A stretch of DNA of 62,787 nucleotides, the filler included, from Nemertoderma westbladi (lineage: Eukaryota > Animalia > Xenacoelomorpha): the NCBI GenBank assembly GCA_032718475.1. It is 3 parts of 3 records of this genome, joined end to end, with 100 filler letters (N's around TTAATTAATTAA, not from the genome) between each part and the next. Parts side by side here need not be neighbours in the genome. Positions count along the whole stretch, not along the records: positions 17,762 to 44,071 come from JAUCBJ010000581.1; 2 more parts are not named here. One strand, 5' to 3'. Below are positions 20,381 to 32,576 of the stretch, in pieces. Position 1 is the stretch's first letter. Each line of letters begins with the position of its first letter. The notes under the pieces are model-generated. The model did no database searches, was not told the DNA's origin, and saw only the letters and a program-made list of their open reading frames with translations. The position numbers and the translations under genes are program-made.

Positions 20381-21416
20381 ATAGTATGATAGCACAGGGG
20401 TAGCATTAGAGATTAGGGCCTTAGGGAGTGGCAGAGAGTAGAGAGGAGATAGTGAGAGGAGCTGTTGGCGAGAGAGAAGTTAGAGTGCGATTCAGGTGTG
20501 GGGAGAGAGTAAGAGCGGAGTTAGAGCGGAGTTCGAGTGGAGAAGTTAGAGCAGAGTTAGAGTGGTGAGAGTGTTGGGGAAACAAAAATTATGTGAGAAT
20601 CCACAATCGGCCCGACACGGGACACCAGATGTCTTGGTGCAAGATAGATAAAGTTGCACCAAGACGGGGTAGCGGTATCATACCCATAGGGAGCGACCTG
20701 GAAAGCCGGCTCTGAGAAAAAAAAAATAACTCCACCCCACACCCGATAGTAAATCGGGATCCAGAGGAATTGAAGCGCACTAGAGGTTGATGCTATCTTC
20801 TCACCGGGAAGATAGCATGGGGGGGAGTGTTAGCGAATCAATTCCGCTAACCACCCCACAATGTTGGGCCAGCGAGACCCTTAAGCAATATTGGGAAGCA
20901 TGAGGTTGATTGCCAATCAACCTCGTATCACCCCAATAAACGGGGACGACAAACCCCAAAGGAACACACACAATGGGGGTCAGAGGTTATACCTCCGAGA
21001 GAGAGAGAATGACAGTAGTGGGGGGAAAACACTCCCAGAGAGATGGGAGGGCGAGAATTAGGTTATCAGCCAATGGGGGGCAGGCATCTGCTGAGTAATA
21101 TGGCCAAACCAGAGCAGTAACCAATATATATATTATGTTGCATGCCCCACTACCGGTCAGTTTACTCAGTCACCAGTTTACCGTGGACTGGCGACATAGT
21201 TCAACCGTCATTGCGGTGCTGTTGTATGTTATCTTACCGGTACCTGTATCATATCTTACTATCATATATCAGCTATCAATAGTCTATATTATATTATACT
21301 TCAGTTGAACATCAAACTCATAGCTTTATCCGTTTATACATTCTATCGCGCCCATCCATCAGCCTGCTGTGATGCGTACTTGCTAGACCCGGTTGGGATC
21401 CCTCGATCCCGTCACA

Positions 21417-21700
21417 GGCACTCAGCTAAGGGGGCGGAGCGCATTAAAAACTCTAAGTATCGCGACCTAATGGACCGGGGCCATTTATTTCACCCCGTGG
21501 CCTTTGTGACCTTTGGCCGCCCTGGTCCAGAGACATCCACCTTCCTCCGGGAGATCGGGGCTCGTCTCCACAGTGCCACCCACGAACCGCGGTCACACCA
21601 GTTTCTGCTCCAACGCCTGGAGATGGCATTTTTGGTTGGTAATGCAGCCTCAGTCATGGGGACAGCAACCACGCCGACCATCGGTCTATTCGGGGACTGA
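21417..21700 (+). pseudogene. C-terminal RLE-endonuclease fragment of a CRE-like non-LTR retrotransposon
   Basis: AERIKNSKY..FHPVAFVTFGRPGPET..FLREIG..FLLQRL..GNAASVMGT; abuts the LTR end, consistent with interruption by that insertion. Confidence 0.65.
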
Positions 21701-21819
21701 AGAGCCGAAACCAATCGAAACTGTCGAAATGGTTGCCAATGCAGTCACCAACGGGATGACGGCCGAAGATATTCAATACTCTATCTTATGCAATCTCAAA
21801 TATTCAATGTTCGATCCCT

Positions 21820-22000
21820 AGATGGGGCAGTACAGTTTGGGCACAGTGCTTTAAATGCTGCAGCCTAGCCCAACCCCGGCTTTCATCCTTCAGTGGTCGA
21901 TTGGGAACCAAGGCAACTTGGGAAACAGAGTGGAAGGGTTTACCGTGGAAGATCACCCATGGTGGTGAACAGGCATTCCTTGGCTTAACGAGCCTAAAAG
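21820..22000 (+). mobile_element. SINE-like remnant
   Basis: GCTTTCATCCTTCAGTGGTCGAT resembles the central domain of the SINE at 53765-53903. Confidence 0.35.
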
Positions 22001-23424
22001 ATTCTCCCATTCAAATATTCAATTCGGTACTGTACCTTCAATTAAATATTCAATCTTATTATTATTTCTGTGCTTCGTTATTTAATAATGTGATTAGATA
22101 AAAAAAAAAAATAAATGAAATATAATTCATCTGTTAATTATTACAAAAAAAAAATCCAACATTATATTAACATTTATATAGTTATGAATTAAATGTTTCG
22201 AAATCAACAGTCATTCAATGAACTTATACAGCAGTGTCATATATCGCGTATCCATTGGCTGCTTGGTTTAATCACTATTCTTTATTCAAGTATAACTGAA
22301 TCCTGGCCCAGCGCCTTCTCCCGCCACTGATAATTTAAAATCGTAACTTATTCAATCTTTGACTAAATTATACCAAACTTGGTAAACATGTAATCTTGTC
22401 TATCGGCTAAAATAAACACAACTTGCTAAAGTTTCCCCTATAATGTTTTTTCCTATAGAACAGGATGCAGTTTTATTTTAGTAGTAAACAAGCTGTTATT
22501 TGCGTCGATTTTCACCTGGATAGGGAAGAATATTGATTGCCCCCCCCCCCCCCCCCCCTGCAGTTAAGTAAGTGAAAATATTTCGGCACCATTTAATTTT
22601 ATTATCACGGTCGCGCATCAAGTAGTCTGTCAAACGATACAATTCATTATAAACATAACAAAATTAATTATAATAATTCTAAAAATATAAGGCAGATCTT
22701 CCTAAAGTTAGCTCTTTAGTCTTTAGCAATCTTATACATTGACAAGACTTATAAAATAATTGATGTTGAATAATTTATTATTAAGATTAAAATATATTAT
22801 TAGGAATTCGAAGAAAGCAAATTGTATTGAGTTAGTCAGTTAGTATTGGCAAGTTAATCTCACAAACCAGTCTAGTCTAACTTTAGAGTAGCCTTGTTCG
22901 CATTGTTCCAGATTTAGGCCTATAGATTCCACCGTGTTCGTTCCAGGTTTAATTCTGTAATAGACTCCGTTATCCGTCTCGATCGCTTCGCTATGCACAT
23001 CTTACTGGGTTTAATAAACTCAGAAACTCCATCGCCTTCCTGTCGTTCTCTGTTTTGTACATTACTTCGCCATCATCTGATCGCTTTGGTTGCGTGTTTA
23101 ATACTGTAATAGACTCCGTCGCCATCGTATCGTTCTGGATACATTGAATAGACTCCATCAGTCCATTGTCCATCGCGATCGTTTCATTGTTACGTTTAAT
23201 TGACTCCGTCGCCTCCTCGGATTAGGAATCCGGCCGGGTTTCGTAGATTCCGCCATCGTTCAGCAGTTCAGTGTTTTTAATCAAAGCCAGAATTCCGGCA
23301 CCGGCACCACGATCAACGATTTCGGAAGTAACAGACTCCGTCAACAACACTCGGGGTTTAAAAAATACAACTTTAATATCAATTTAATATGCTAAAACTG
23401 GCAGGGTAAATATCTGCTTGCGTG

Positions 23425-23538
23425 TTATTATACGTGCTTGCCAGAAAGGGCAAGGTTATTATACGTGCTTGCCCAAACGGGCAAGGTTATTATACGTGCT
23501 TGCCAGAACGGGCAAGATTATTATACGTGCTCGCCAGA
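23425..23538. repeat. 31-bp tandem repeat, about 4 copies
   Basis: TTATTATACGTGCTTGCCAGAAAGGGCAAGG units. Confidence 0.9.
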
Positions 23539-24439
23539 AGAATCTAACAAGATTCTATTGAAGAGTCTAACCAGGGCGCATCTCTGCCTTGCGTCATTAA
23601 ATGGTAGCTAAATGTGTACTGGAAATTCCTCTGGGAAGTATAGCTCTGGGGGTCCACAATGGAAATAAGCCGATAAGTCGTCTAACTTTGTGCGCAATCC
23701 CTGGCCTAACGGCCGAACAAAATGTACTGTATTTTACTTCAGCTTTTTTCCGTCAATCTAGTTTCCTTTATTGTTTTGGTTAGAAGCACTGCAACTTTAA
23801 CCAGCTCTTGTCAGTTAATTACTATTAGCTTCGTTTATTGTATTAGTTAACTGTAACCGTGAAACACTTTAACAGTTAACTGTGAACTGTAACCTGCTCC
23901 TTCATCCTTTCTCTTAATAATGGAATTTACTGTACTGGTACTAATGTACTGGTACTCCGTGTTGATTAAATAACATACTTTTTGTTATCATATCCATATT
24001 TATAAATCAGTTGATAGACAAATAACACTGCAATAATAATAATGTAAATGTACAATATAGTAATATACAGTACTGCAGTACCTCCCGTACTTCAGTAGTA
24101 GGCCCTATATCTATCAATATAGTTACCACATTTATATTATGACTGTATGAAACAGTATTGTACTGCACAAAATGTAATTTTCGCACTATGAATTCCAGTC
24201 TGGCGTGAGTGAAACATCATTTTTCTGGAGGGGCGTAAATAACTCCTCCTATACCCCGATTAGGGGTATATCTAATTTTTCCGCTGCCTGAAGATTTTCT
24301 AGTAGAGCACCGATTCGGGGTATAGCTTTCTACTGAAAATCTCGAATCGGTGTCACTATTTTCCACTATGACACCGATTCGGTGTATAGAGCTGTACCCC
24401 GATTCGGAGTATTTTCCCTTACTGACAATGAGTAAAAAA

Positions 24440-25238
24440 ACAACGAGCAACAACGAGTAACAACGAGCAACAACGAGTAACATTGAGCAACAATGAGCAA
24501 TAATGAGGAATAACGACTGAACGACCAACAACGAGTAACATTGAGCAACAATCAGACAATGAGCCACAACGAGCAAAAATGAGTAATAATAAAGTACAAC
24601 AACGAGCAACAATGAGCAACAGCGGGAAGTAACGAACAACAATGAGCAACAAACAGTAATATTGAGCAACAATGAGCAATAATAAAGTATAACAACGAGT
24701 AACATTGAGCAACAACGAGCAACAATGAGAAACACTGAACAACAATGAGCAATAATAAAGTACAATAACGAGCAATAATGAGCAACAACGACTGAACGAG
24801 CAACAACGAGTTATATTGAGCAACAATGAGCAATAATAAAGTACAACAACGAGCGAATGAGCAACAACGAGTAATATTGAGCAACAACGAGCAACAATGA
24901 GCAATAATAAAGTACAACAACGAGCAACAATGAGGAACAACGATTGAACGAGCAATAATAAAGTACAACAAGAAGCAACAATGAGCAACAATGAGTAACA
25001 ACGAGTAATAATTGAGTACAACAACGAGCAACAACGAGCACAATGGGCAACAACGAGCAATAATAAAGTACAACTAACGAGCAACAATGAGCACCAACAA
25101 GGAACAATGAGCAACAACGAGAAACAATGAGCAACAATGACCAACAACGAGCAACAATAACCAACAATGAGCAACAATGACCAACAACGAGAAATAATAA
25201 AGCACAACGAGCAGCAATGAGCAAAAACGAGCAACAAA
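24440..25238. repeat. Degenerate 10-bp minisatellite (YGAGCAACAA)n
   Basis: Directly visible, with recurring GAGCAATAATAAAGTACAAC variants. It generates the Leu/Cys-rich minus-strand ORFs. Confidence 0.9.
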
Positions 25239-26187
25239 CTGCGTCGAACCGGATTGAATGTGGGGGAGAGGCACGTTCAAAGTGAGCGAAGCCTTAGCAT
25301 ATGGGTGCCATTAACGAGTTGTCTGTCATCACTGTCGTCGTAAATTTTTTATCGCTAATAACTCGGTCATTCCTTGATGAAATTAAACAAAACTTGGTAT
25401 GTATGTACTCTGTCAAAAGATTAGAAATAATCTGAAGTTTGGTAAAAAACAAACGAACGCAATGAGGCAACTTAAGGAGACGAGTATTGTGTTGAACGAC
25501 CTCTGACTAATGAAAGATACACGTTATGGCGCCCCTATCAGCTAGGGTTAGCTAAGGCTTTTGCTCACTTCATGCTGAGCAAAGGTCCCACGAACGTGTC
25601 CCACTGCTGCCTGAGCCAGTTGAGCCAAAACGTCATCCAGTCATCATCTTTAACCTTCATAACGTCTATCAGCTGCCCGACCGAACCATCTCTGTGCCTA
25701 TTGACATGACATTGACATCGGTTTTTTCACGCCTTTCAAGTACAACATTGTGGATAATCCATCTAAGTGGGGCGTAACGCGGAGCAGAAGAAGAAATGCA
25801 GGACACAAGTTAGTTTTTCGAAACTGTGCGCTGATGCCCAGTTACTTGAGTCATGTCTCATATCAAAATACTTGACAATGTCTGTGCGCTCAGATGGGTG
25901 TTGGGCTATTATTCTTTCGAATATCAATGGGCTATTCTATACTACCATATGAGGTAAGAATGCCAGTGCTAGCAACTTCTTTATGATACGATATTATATA
26001 GAGGATTTATAGAGTGCAGTGCAAGTGCAACCATTGTCTTTCTTAACCCAACAATTAGCAATATACAGACTGACATAAATCAAAGAATTATGAAAGAAGT
26101 GTAACACCTACCGGTCATGTACAGCTGTAAGGAATAAGGAATATTTAATTTATTTAAGGAGTGTGCAGATTTTGGAATACAATTGTA

Positions 26188-27115
26188 CCGGTGTCACAAG
26201 GAAATCAGCCCCCCCTAGAATATGCCCCCCGGGGCATTATTTCCTAGGATATTATGTCCCCCCGGGCAATTTTTCCTAGGAAATTTAGCCCGGGGGGGGG
26301 GGGGCATTTTCTCCTTAGGAAATAATGCCTCCCCTCAGGAAAATTAGCCCCCCTCAAAAGTCTGAAAACTGGTACGATACAGGTCTGCTGGTAGCCACTT
26401 TTAATCTACCAACTGCAGAACTTGTAATAGTTGGAAGAATAGTACGGTACCGGTCTGCCGGTAGGTAAGCAGGTAAGGCAGTAAGGGATGTAGAACAGCA
26501 TACTGAAGTATCTAAGTCAGTAGGCTACTGTAGTAACTACTGGTATAACAGCAGTGCGAGTGTGTGGTGTTGTGTGGGCGCCGAGCAGCTCCAAGCTTTT
26601 TTAATTCTGTAACCTGCTCCTTTCCCTGATTTGGTAAACTGATTGTTTATTGTTTTGGTTAGAAAATCCCGCCTCTGTAACCTGCTCCTTTCTCTCAATT
26701 GGTAATGTTATCGTTTATTGTTTTGGTTAGAAAATCCCGTCTCTGTAACCTGCTCCTTTCCCTGATTTGCTAAAGTGACTGTTTATTGTTTTGGTTAGAA
26801 AATCCCGCCTCTGTAACCCGCTCCTTTCCCTCAATTAGTTAAATGATCGTTTATTGTTTTGGTTAGAAAGGCCTGCCTCTGTAACCTGCTCCTTTCCTTC
26901 ATTTGGTAAAGTGACTGTTTATTGTTTTGTATAATTTTTGTAAGTTTTAGTAGTAATAAGTTTTGTTTATTGTATAATTCAGGGGGGGCATAATTTCCTA
27001 AGGGGGGGGCATTTTTTCCTAGGGAAATTTGCCCGGGGGGGCATTTTTTCCTAGGAAAATATGCCCCCCCGGGCACATTTCCCGGGGGGGGGGGCATATT
27101 TTCCTGTTACACCGG
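26188..27115. mobile_element. TIR-bounded non-autonomous DNA element containing 68-bp repeat units
   Basis: CCGGTGTCACAAGGAAAT.. and ..TTTTCCTGTTACACCGG ends with CCTAGGAAA/GCCCCCC subterminal repeats. 68-bp units at 26607-26930. No TSD seen. Confidence 0.65.
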
Positions 27116-27521
27116 TCTGTCGGTATTCCTAAATAAGAAACCCAGGTCAAAAAGTTCTTATTTAGGGACTTTTAGTATTTATGTGTACAATTTCGATATC
27201 TTAAATAAGGTAAATTTCAAAATCCCCCTTATTTAGGAACTGGTCGTATTTTTGATGCAATTTTAAAACGCTTGTAGAAAAAAAAACCGGACGGTGAAAT
27301 GTTTTCTGGTTTTTTGCATTATGTTCAAGAAAGACCAAACTTTTACATTGTGAAATAAAATTTATGCGGTATTTTTTCCTGAAACATGTTATTGCATATT
27401 ATATCGAAAAAATATCCAAATAAGGCCCAAAAACCCCTAAATAAGAGCCATTTTCCTTAAATAAGAACCCACTTCTGGAGCTTATTTAAGAAATGTTCCC
27501 TACTGACGTTGTGGGACTTCG

Positions 27522-28199
27522 TTGGTTGGTAGGTCTGGGGCTAGATTGAATACAGACAGGGATACTGGACAGCGTTTTATTCAAGGAACGGCGGGTAGTA
27601 AGGCTTTCGCTACGGTACGGCCTCCATCCAAACTATTTCTAACTGGATGTGGCCCAAAGGTTGACTCTGATACAATCAAGCAACACGTAAAGGATGCTCT
27701 AGGTATCGTCATTGGCTGCGAGCGGATCTCCCATCGTGATTCGAGAACCACTTCGTTCCGGATTTCCTGCAGGGGCGACGAGGAGTCCAGTCTCCTGGAT
27801 GCGAATCTGTGGCCGCAGTTCTCTCGAATTCGTGAGTTTGTTCCTAGTAGGCTGATGTTTAAGGGGAGTTCCGGCCAACGGCGTACAACAAGCAACGCGC
27901 CGGCAAGACGGGACAGATCGGGAATGCGGTCGGGAGACAGAACGGATCACCGCACTGAGTTGGAGTCGATCGCGAATGGAAGGGAATCGAAAGAGTCAAC
28001 CGGAAGAGAGGATCTGAGTCAACTGGATTCTGACGTAACTGTATCTTCACAGGGATTCAGTGTGAATGCACAAGGAGCTGACGGGACTGTTCAGGGATCC
28101 GATTTGAGTTCCCCTCGAACTGATGAGGTTTCCAGCAATTGCTCTGAGCGGGAAAGTAATAACCCATATGGGCTACTGTCAGAGAGTGAAGCCACTTAA
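27522..28199 (+). pseudogene. LINE ORF1, C-terminal part
   Basis: KLFLTG..SFRISC..LLDANLWPQFSRIREF, an RRM-like ORF1 signature, upstream of an APE-RT ORF2. Confidence 0.6.
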
Positions 28200-28233
28200 T
28201 TAGTATCTGTATGTGCAAATATGTTAATATATA

Positions 28234-29123
28234 CACCATGACCCGTAATATAGTGTCATTTTCTGATGACACGGACACCCCCCCCCCCCCCCCCCCCCAA
28301 TTTTTCTACAAATCTTTATCATATTGTTTGAAATTTGAAACACAACTAGTTCAACTCACCGTGGTTGTTGCCATGAAGCCGGAATTTTCTTTTTCGCCTT
28401 TAAATTTTATTTATAAGCGTTTTAAAAAAGTGTCTTTTGCGAAATCGCACCCTCTTTATCATTGCCATTCTTCACTTTAGTCGTAATTTTTTCACATCAA
28501 TAGAAAGCTTGCGTTGCAAGGATTCCAAATATGTAGCAATATCTGAATTTCGTTGAGAAACAGCTGAGAAATAGGCATTCAAAGATTGGAAGAATTATTG
28601 TTCACTGCAGGCCATTTATTCTATTTAATAAATACACAATATTCTAGAACGTGTTATTTATTTTATGAGATGGTAGGCAACTAACAGCGGTATGCCTATA
28701 CAATATCTATATTGCCTAGCTAATCATACATAAACAAATTGTTCCAGAATATTGTGTATTTATTAAATAGAATAAATGGCCTGCAGTGAACAATAATTCT
28801 TGCAATCTTTGAATGCCTATTTCTCAGCTGTTTCTCAACTAAATTCAGACATTGTTACATATTTGGAATCCTTTCAACGCAAGCGTTCTATTGATGTGAA
28901 AAAATTACGACTAAAGTGAAGAATGGCAATGATACAGAGGGTGCGAATTTGATTTTGCACATTTGAAGGCGAAATCGTAAATTCCGGCTTCATGGTAACA
29001 ACCACGGTGAGTTGAACTAGTTGTGTTTCAAATTTCAAACAATATGATAAAGATTTGTAGAAAAATTTGGGGGGGGGGGGGTCCGTGTCATCTGAAAATG
29101 ACACTATATTACGGGTCATGGTG
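28234..29123. mobile_element. Near-palindromic MITE, TA-flanked (Tc1/mariner-like)
   Basis: CACCATGACCCGTAATATAGTGTC.. with inverted arms of about 400 bp; TA at 28232-28233 and 29124-29125. Confidence 0.85.
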
Positions 29124-29200
29124 TATATCTGTTGTTTATTTTCTATTTTTCACTGTTTTTGTTTTTTAGCGGATATTTTTATACTTTTAAAAAAATCACA

Positions 29201-31609
29201 ATGGCGATTACAACTAAGAATCTTAAGATAATCTCATATAATTGCAAGAATGTACGTAGTCGGTCGGGGCTAAATGATGTTAGGAGATTATTGTCTTTCG
29301 GGGTTTCGGGGAAATCCTTTTATTGCAAGAGACGTGGCTTCCGAAACAAGAGCTAGTCTTTTTAAATGAAATTCATAATGATTTTATTGGTAGAGGGGTA
29401 TCGCCCGTTGACCTTTCTGCCGGTCCGCTAAGAGGCCGTCCCTATGGGGGGCTTGCAGTGTTGTGGAACAACTCGCTAGCTTCTATAGTGGGACCGGTTT
29501 TCTTTGGTACAGATGAGTGCAGAATCATGGGTTTAAAGGTTAATTTAAAGAATAACGAGGAAATGCTTATTGTAAATGTATATATGCTTTTTCAATGTAC
29601 AAATAATGAACCTGAATTTACTGAGTGCTTGGGTAAATTGCAATATATACTGGAAACTCAATCATATTCGTGTTTATCAGTTGTAGGGGATTTTAACTCT
29701 AAGCCTGGAACTCAATTTTATAGTGATTTATTTGATTGGTGTGTTTCTAATTCATTAGTTATTGCTGATAGACTTACATTATCTAGCGCCACTTATACAT
29801 TTGTAAGTGAAGCTCATTCTACGACATCGTGGCTTGATCACATTGTGTGTACAGGTCCGTTATTAAATATGACAAAGGAAATTAAGGTGCTTCTTGATTA
29901 CTCTATAGATGACCACCTACCGGTATTTTGGGAAGTTGATGTGGAAGTTATAACCAATGTACAAACTCCAGGTTATAATGATGATTGTTCTAATAATTGT
30001 GATAAAAGCAGTAAATTTGAGTGGCGTCATACACGCAGGATAATATATTTTTATATGCGGATACGTGCAGTAAGATGTTGGGTGATCTCGATATCAATAG
30101 TGATTTTATTAATTCTAGGGATGTAAACTGTGGTATGCACCGTACCCAGATAAATAACCTATACAGTATAGTAAACTTACTGATATTCTTATTAACTCTG
30201 CTGAGGCACATATTAAGAAATTGCCGAGGAAGTGTGATAAAAAATGGTCTCACATTCCAGGGTGGACTGATTTTGTGCGAGATAATGCTATGATAATGAT
30301 ATGGTGATGCGAGGAGTAGTTTTAAGTCGTGGCGTGAGTGTGGCTCGCCACGACAAGGTCAGGTGCATGTAGATTACATGCGCTCCAGAGCTGGTTTTAA
30401 GAGGGCTGTTAGACATTGCAAAAAAGATGAACATAAAATACGTAATGATAAAATGGCAGATGCATTGTTGTCAGATAAGAGTTCTAAGGATTTTTGGGAC
30501 CAGGCTAGGAAACATACCTCTAATAATAGCAGCCCCCCCGCCTACTAAAGTTGGGGGTGCTCTGGGCGCAGCTGATATTTAGTGAATTGTGGAGTAATCC
30601 TTTTTCGGATTTATATAACTGTGTTGATGATGATTCTGAGAATGGTTATGTTTTTAATAAGGTATAAACTGAGTTACATAAAAAGTTATTTGCAGAATCT
30701 GAAGTAGTTACTATTTCTGAGGTGCTAGATTCTACCAATTGTCTAAATACTGATAAGGCCGCTGGGCCTGACCAGTTAACGGCCGAACATTTAATTTATG
30801 GGTGCAGTCTCAACCTATTTAAAGTACTATCGGTTCTATCTATACACTGCTATCTTTGTGCACGGGTACTTACCAAGTGGATTAATTGACTCGGCTATTT
30901 TTCCTATAGTTAAAGATAGGACGGGTGATATCACTTGTAAGGATAATTATAGAGGTGTTGCCATTTCTTCTGTACTGGGTAAAATTCTAGAACGTATTAT
31001 TTTAATAAGGTGCATAGACAAGTTAGATACAACAGATAATCAATTTGGATTCAAAGCTTAATTGGGAACTGAAACGTGCGTATATGCCTTGAAAGAGGTA
31101 ATTAATTATTATCTGACTAAGAATAGTCCAGTATTTGTATGCATGTTAGATGCGAGCAAAGCGTTTGACAGAATTAATCACTTTGGTCTCTTTCGTAAAC
31201 TTTTAGATAGGGGGATTCATGTGTTCATAGTTAGGCTTCTTATTTTCTGGTATAGAGAGCAATACATGTACGTTAGGTGGGCGGGGCATATATCTGGTAA
31301 ATTTTTGGTTACAAATGGTACCTTTCCCCGATTCTATTCAATGTATATATGGATGGTTTAAGTAGGGCACTTAATAAGACTGGGGTAGGGTGTCTAATAG
31401 GGGGTACAAGGGTGAATCATTTAGGATATGCCGACGACTTGTGTCTTTTATCGAATAGTTTATTTGGGTTACAACGATTAATTAACGTAGCTGAACGATT
31501 TGCATTTTTTAATTCTATATTATTTAATATGAAGAAAACAAAATGTTTATATTTCGTTCCCAGAAGCTCAGGTCATTATATTTTTGGTGATTGCTTTTCC
31601 CTCAATTGA
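29201..31609 (+). pseudogene. LINE ORF2 (APE endonuclease + RT), RTE-X-like, frameshifted and 3'-truncated
   Basis: ISYNCKN, QETWL, GRPYGG, GDFNS, TTSWLDH, DDHLP; NYRGVAI, QFGFK, LDASKAFD, YADD, spread over several frames. Confidence 0.85.
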
Positions 31610-32576
31610 ACAATGTCTTTTATTGTTTTGGTTAGAAATGCCTGCATCTGTAACCTGTTCCTTTCCTTCAATTTGTAACAATATCGATTATTGTTTTGCT
31701 TAGAAAAACTCGCCTTCCTTTTATATAAATCAGCCTAACATTTTTAATTGTAAATCCCCTGATCCCCTACTGAATATCGCTCAGCATTATATGCCGATTA
31801 TAGGTTATCTTATATAGCTTATTATTTTCATATACCCATTCTACCCCAAAGAGCCAGTTACGACCCAAAGAGCGTAAGTTCCCAAAGAGCGTTAGGCCAT
31901 TGACAATTAAAGGAGCAGTTTAGTAAAGGAGCAGGTTACAGGAGGCGTGTTGGGGGAACCAAAACAATAAACAAAAATTAACACATGTGTTTTGTACGGG
32001 TCTTTATTTTTTTTTTCTTTATCGTTAATTGTTTTGTAGTCACCCTCCAATAGATGGATATATATATCGTAACTGCAATACATAGATAATTGGTTCCATG
32101 ATAGATAAATTGGCGCCAACTACTAGCGAGGTATTGTTAAACAACCTCTGTTACGATTTTATCAAGTGACGAGGCCGCATACCTTCCATTGTAAAGTTCC
32201 ATTATTTTTGTATTCCCTGAATCAAACTCCCAGAGTTACCCACCGATGTTGGTGGGGATAGAGGCCCAATATTCTTAGTAGCTACCGGTGTATCTGTTAT
32301 ATCTATTGTATTTGGATCTAATTGGTACCTAATTCTATACCCACGTCCACTTATAAGGCGCTCCACTCCCCTAAGCATTGTAGCAGCTGCATTCAGTATT
32401 ACAGTCAGCCAAACCCAGAAAGTATTAAAGGCCCTAACTGCTGATGGTTGTGTCATTAATTTCAATTATATTTGTAATATTTGACTGTCACATTTAAACG
32501 TCAGTTAGTCCGAATTGTATTAAATATGTCTTTGAATACTTTGAGTGACGCTGCTTGGGATTTACTGGATCGTACC

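Larger units (their letters stand above)
17762..21416 (+). mobile_element. Second, diverged and internally deleted member of the same LTR family (5' part lost at the gap)
   Basis: Gag segments are homologous to 9132-12500. Same pre-PPT hairpin, PPT ending GGGGGGGAG, and LTR 20828-21416 (TGTTAGCG...CCCGTCACA). No exonuclease cargo. Confidence 0.88.

Noticed and set aside
24217-25280. Leu/Cys-rich hydrophobic ORFs in three frames
   Set aside because: Produced by the 10-bp minisatellite.
32202-32465. 87-aa minus-strand ORF divergent from the ZF gene, possibly a viral or gene remnant
   Set aside because: No motif I can recognise; needs a tblastn or HMM search.
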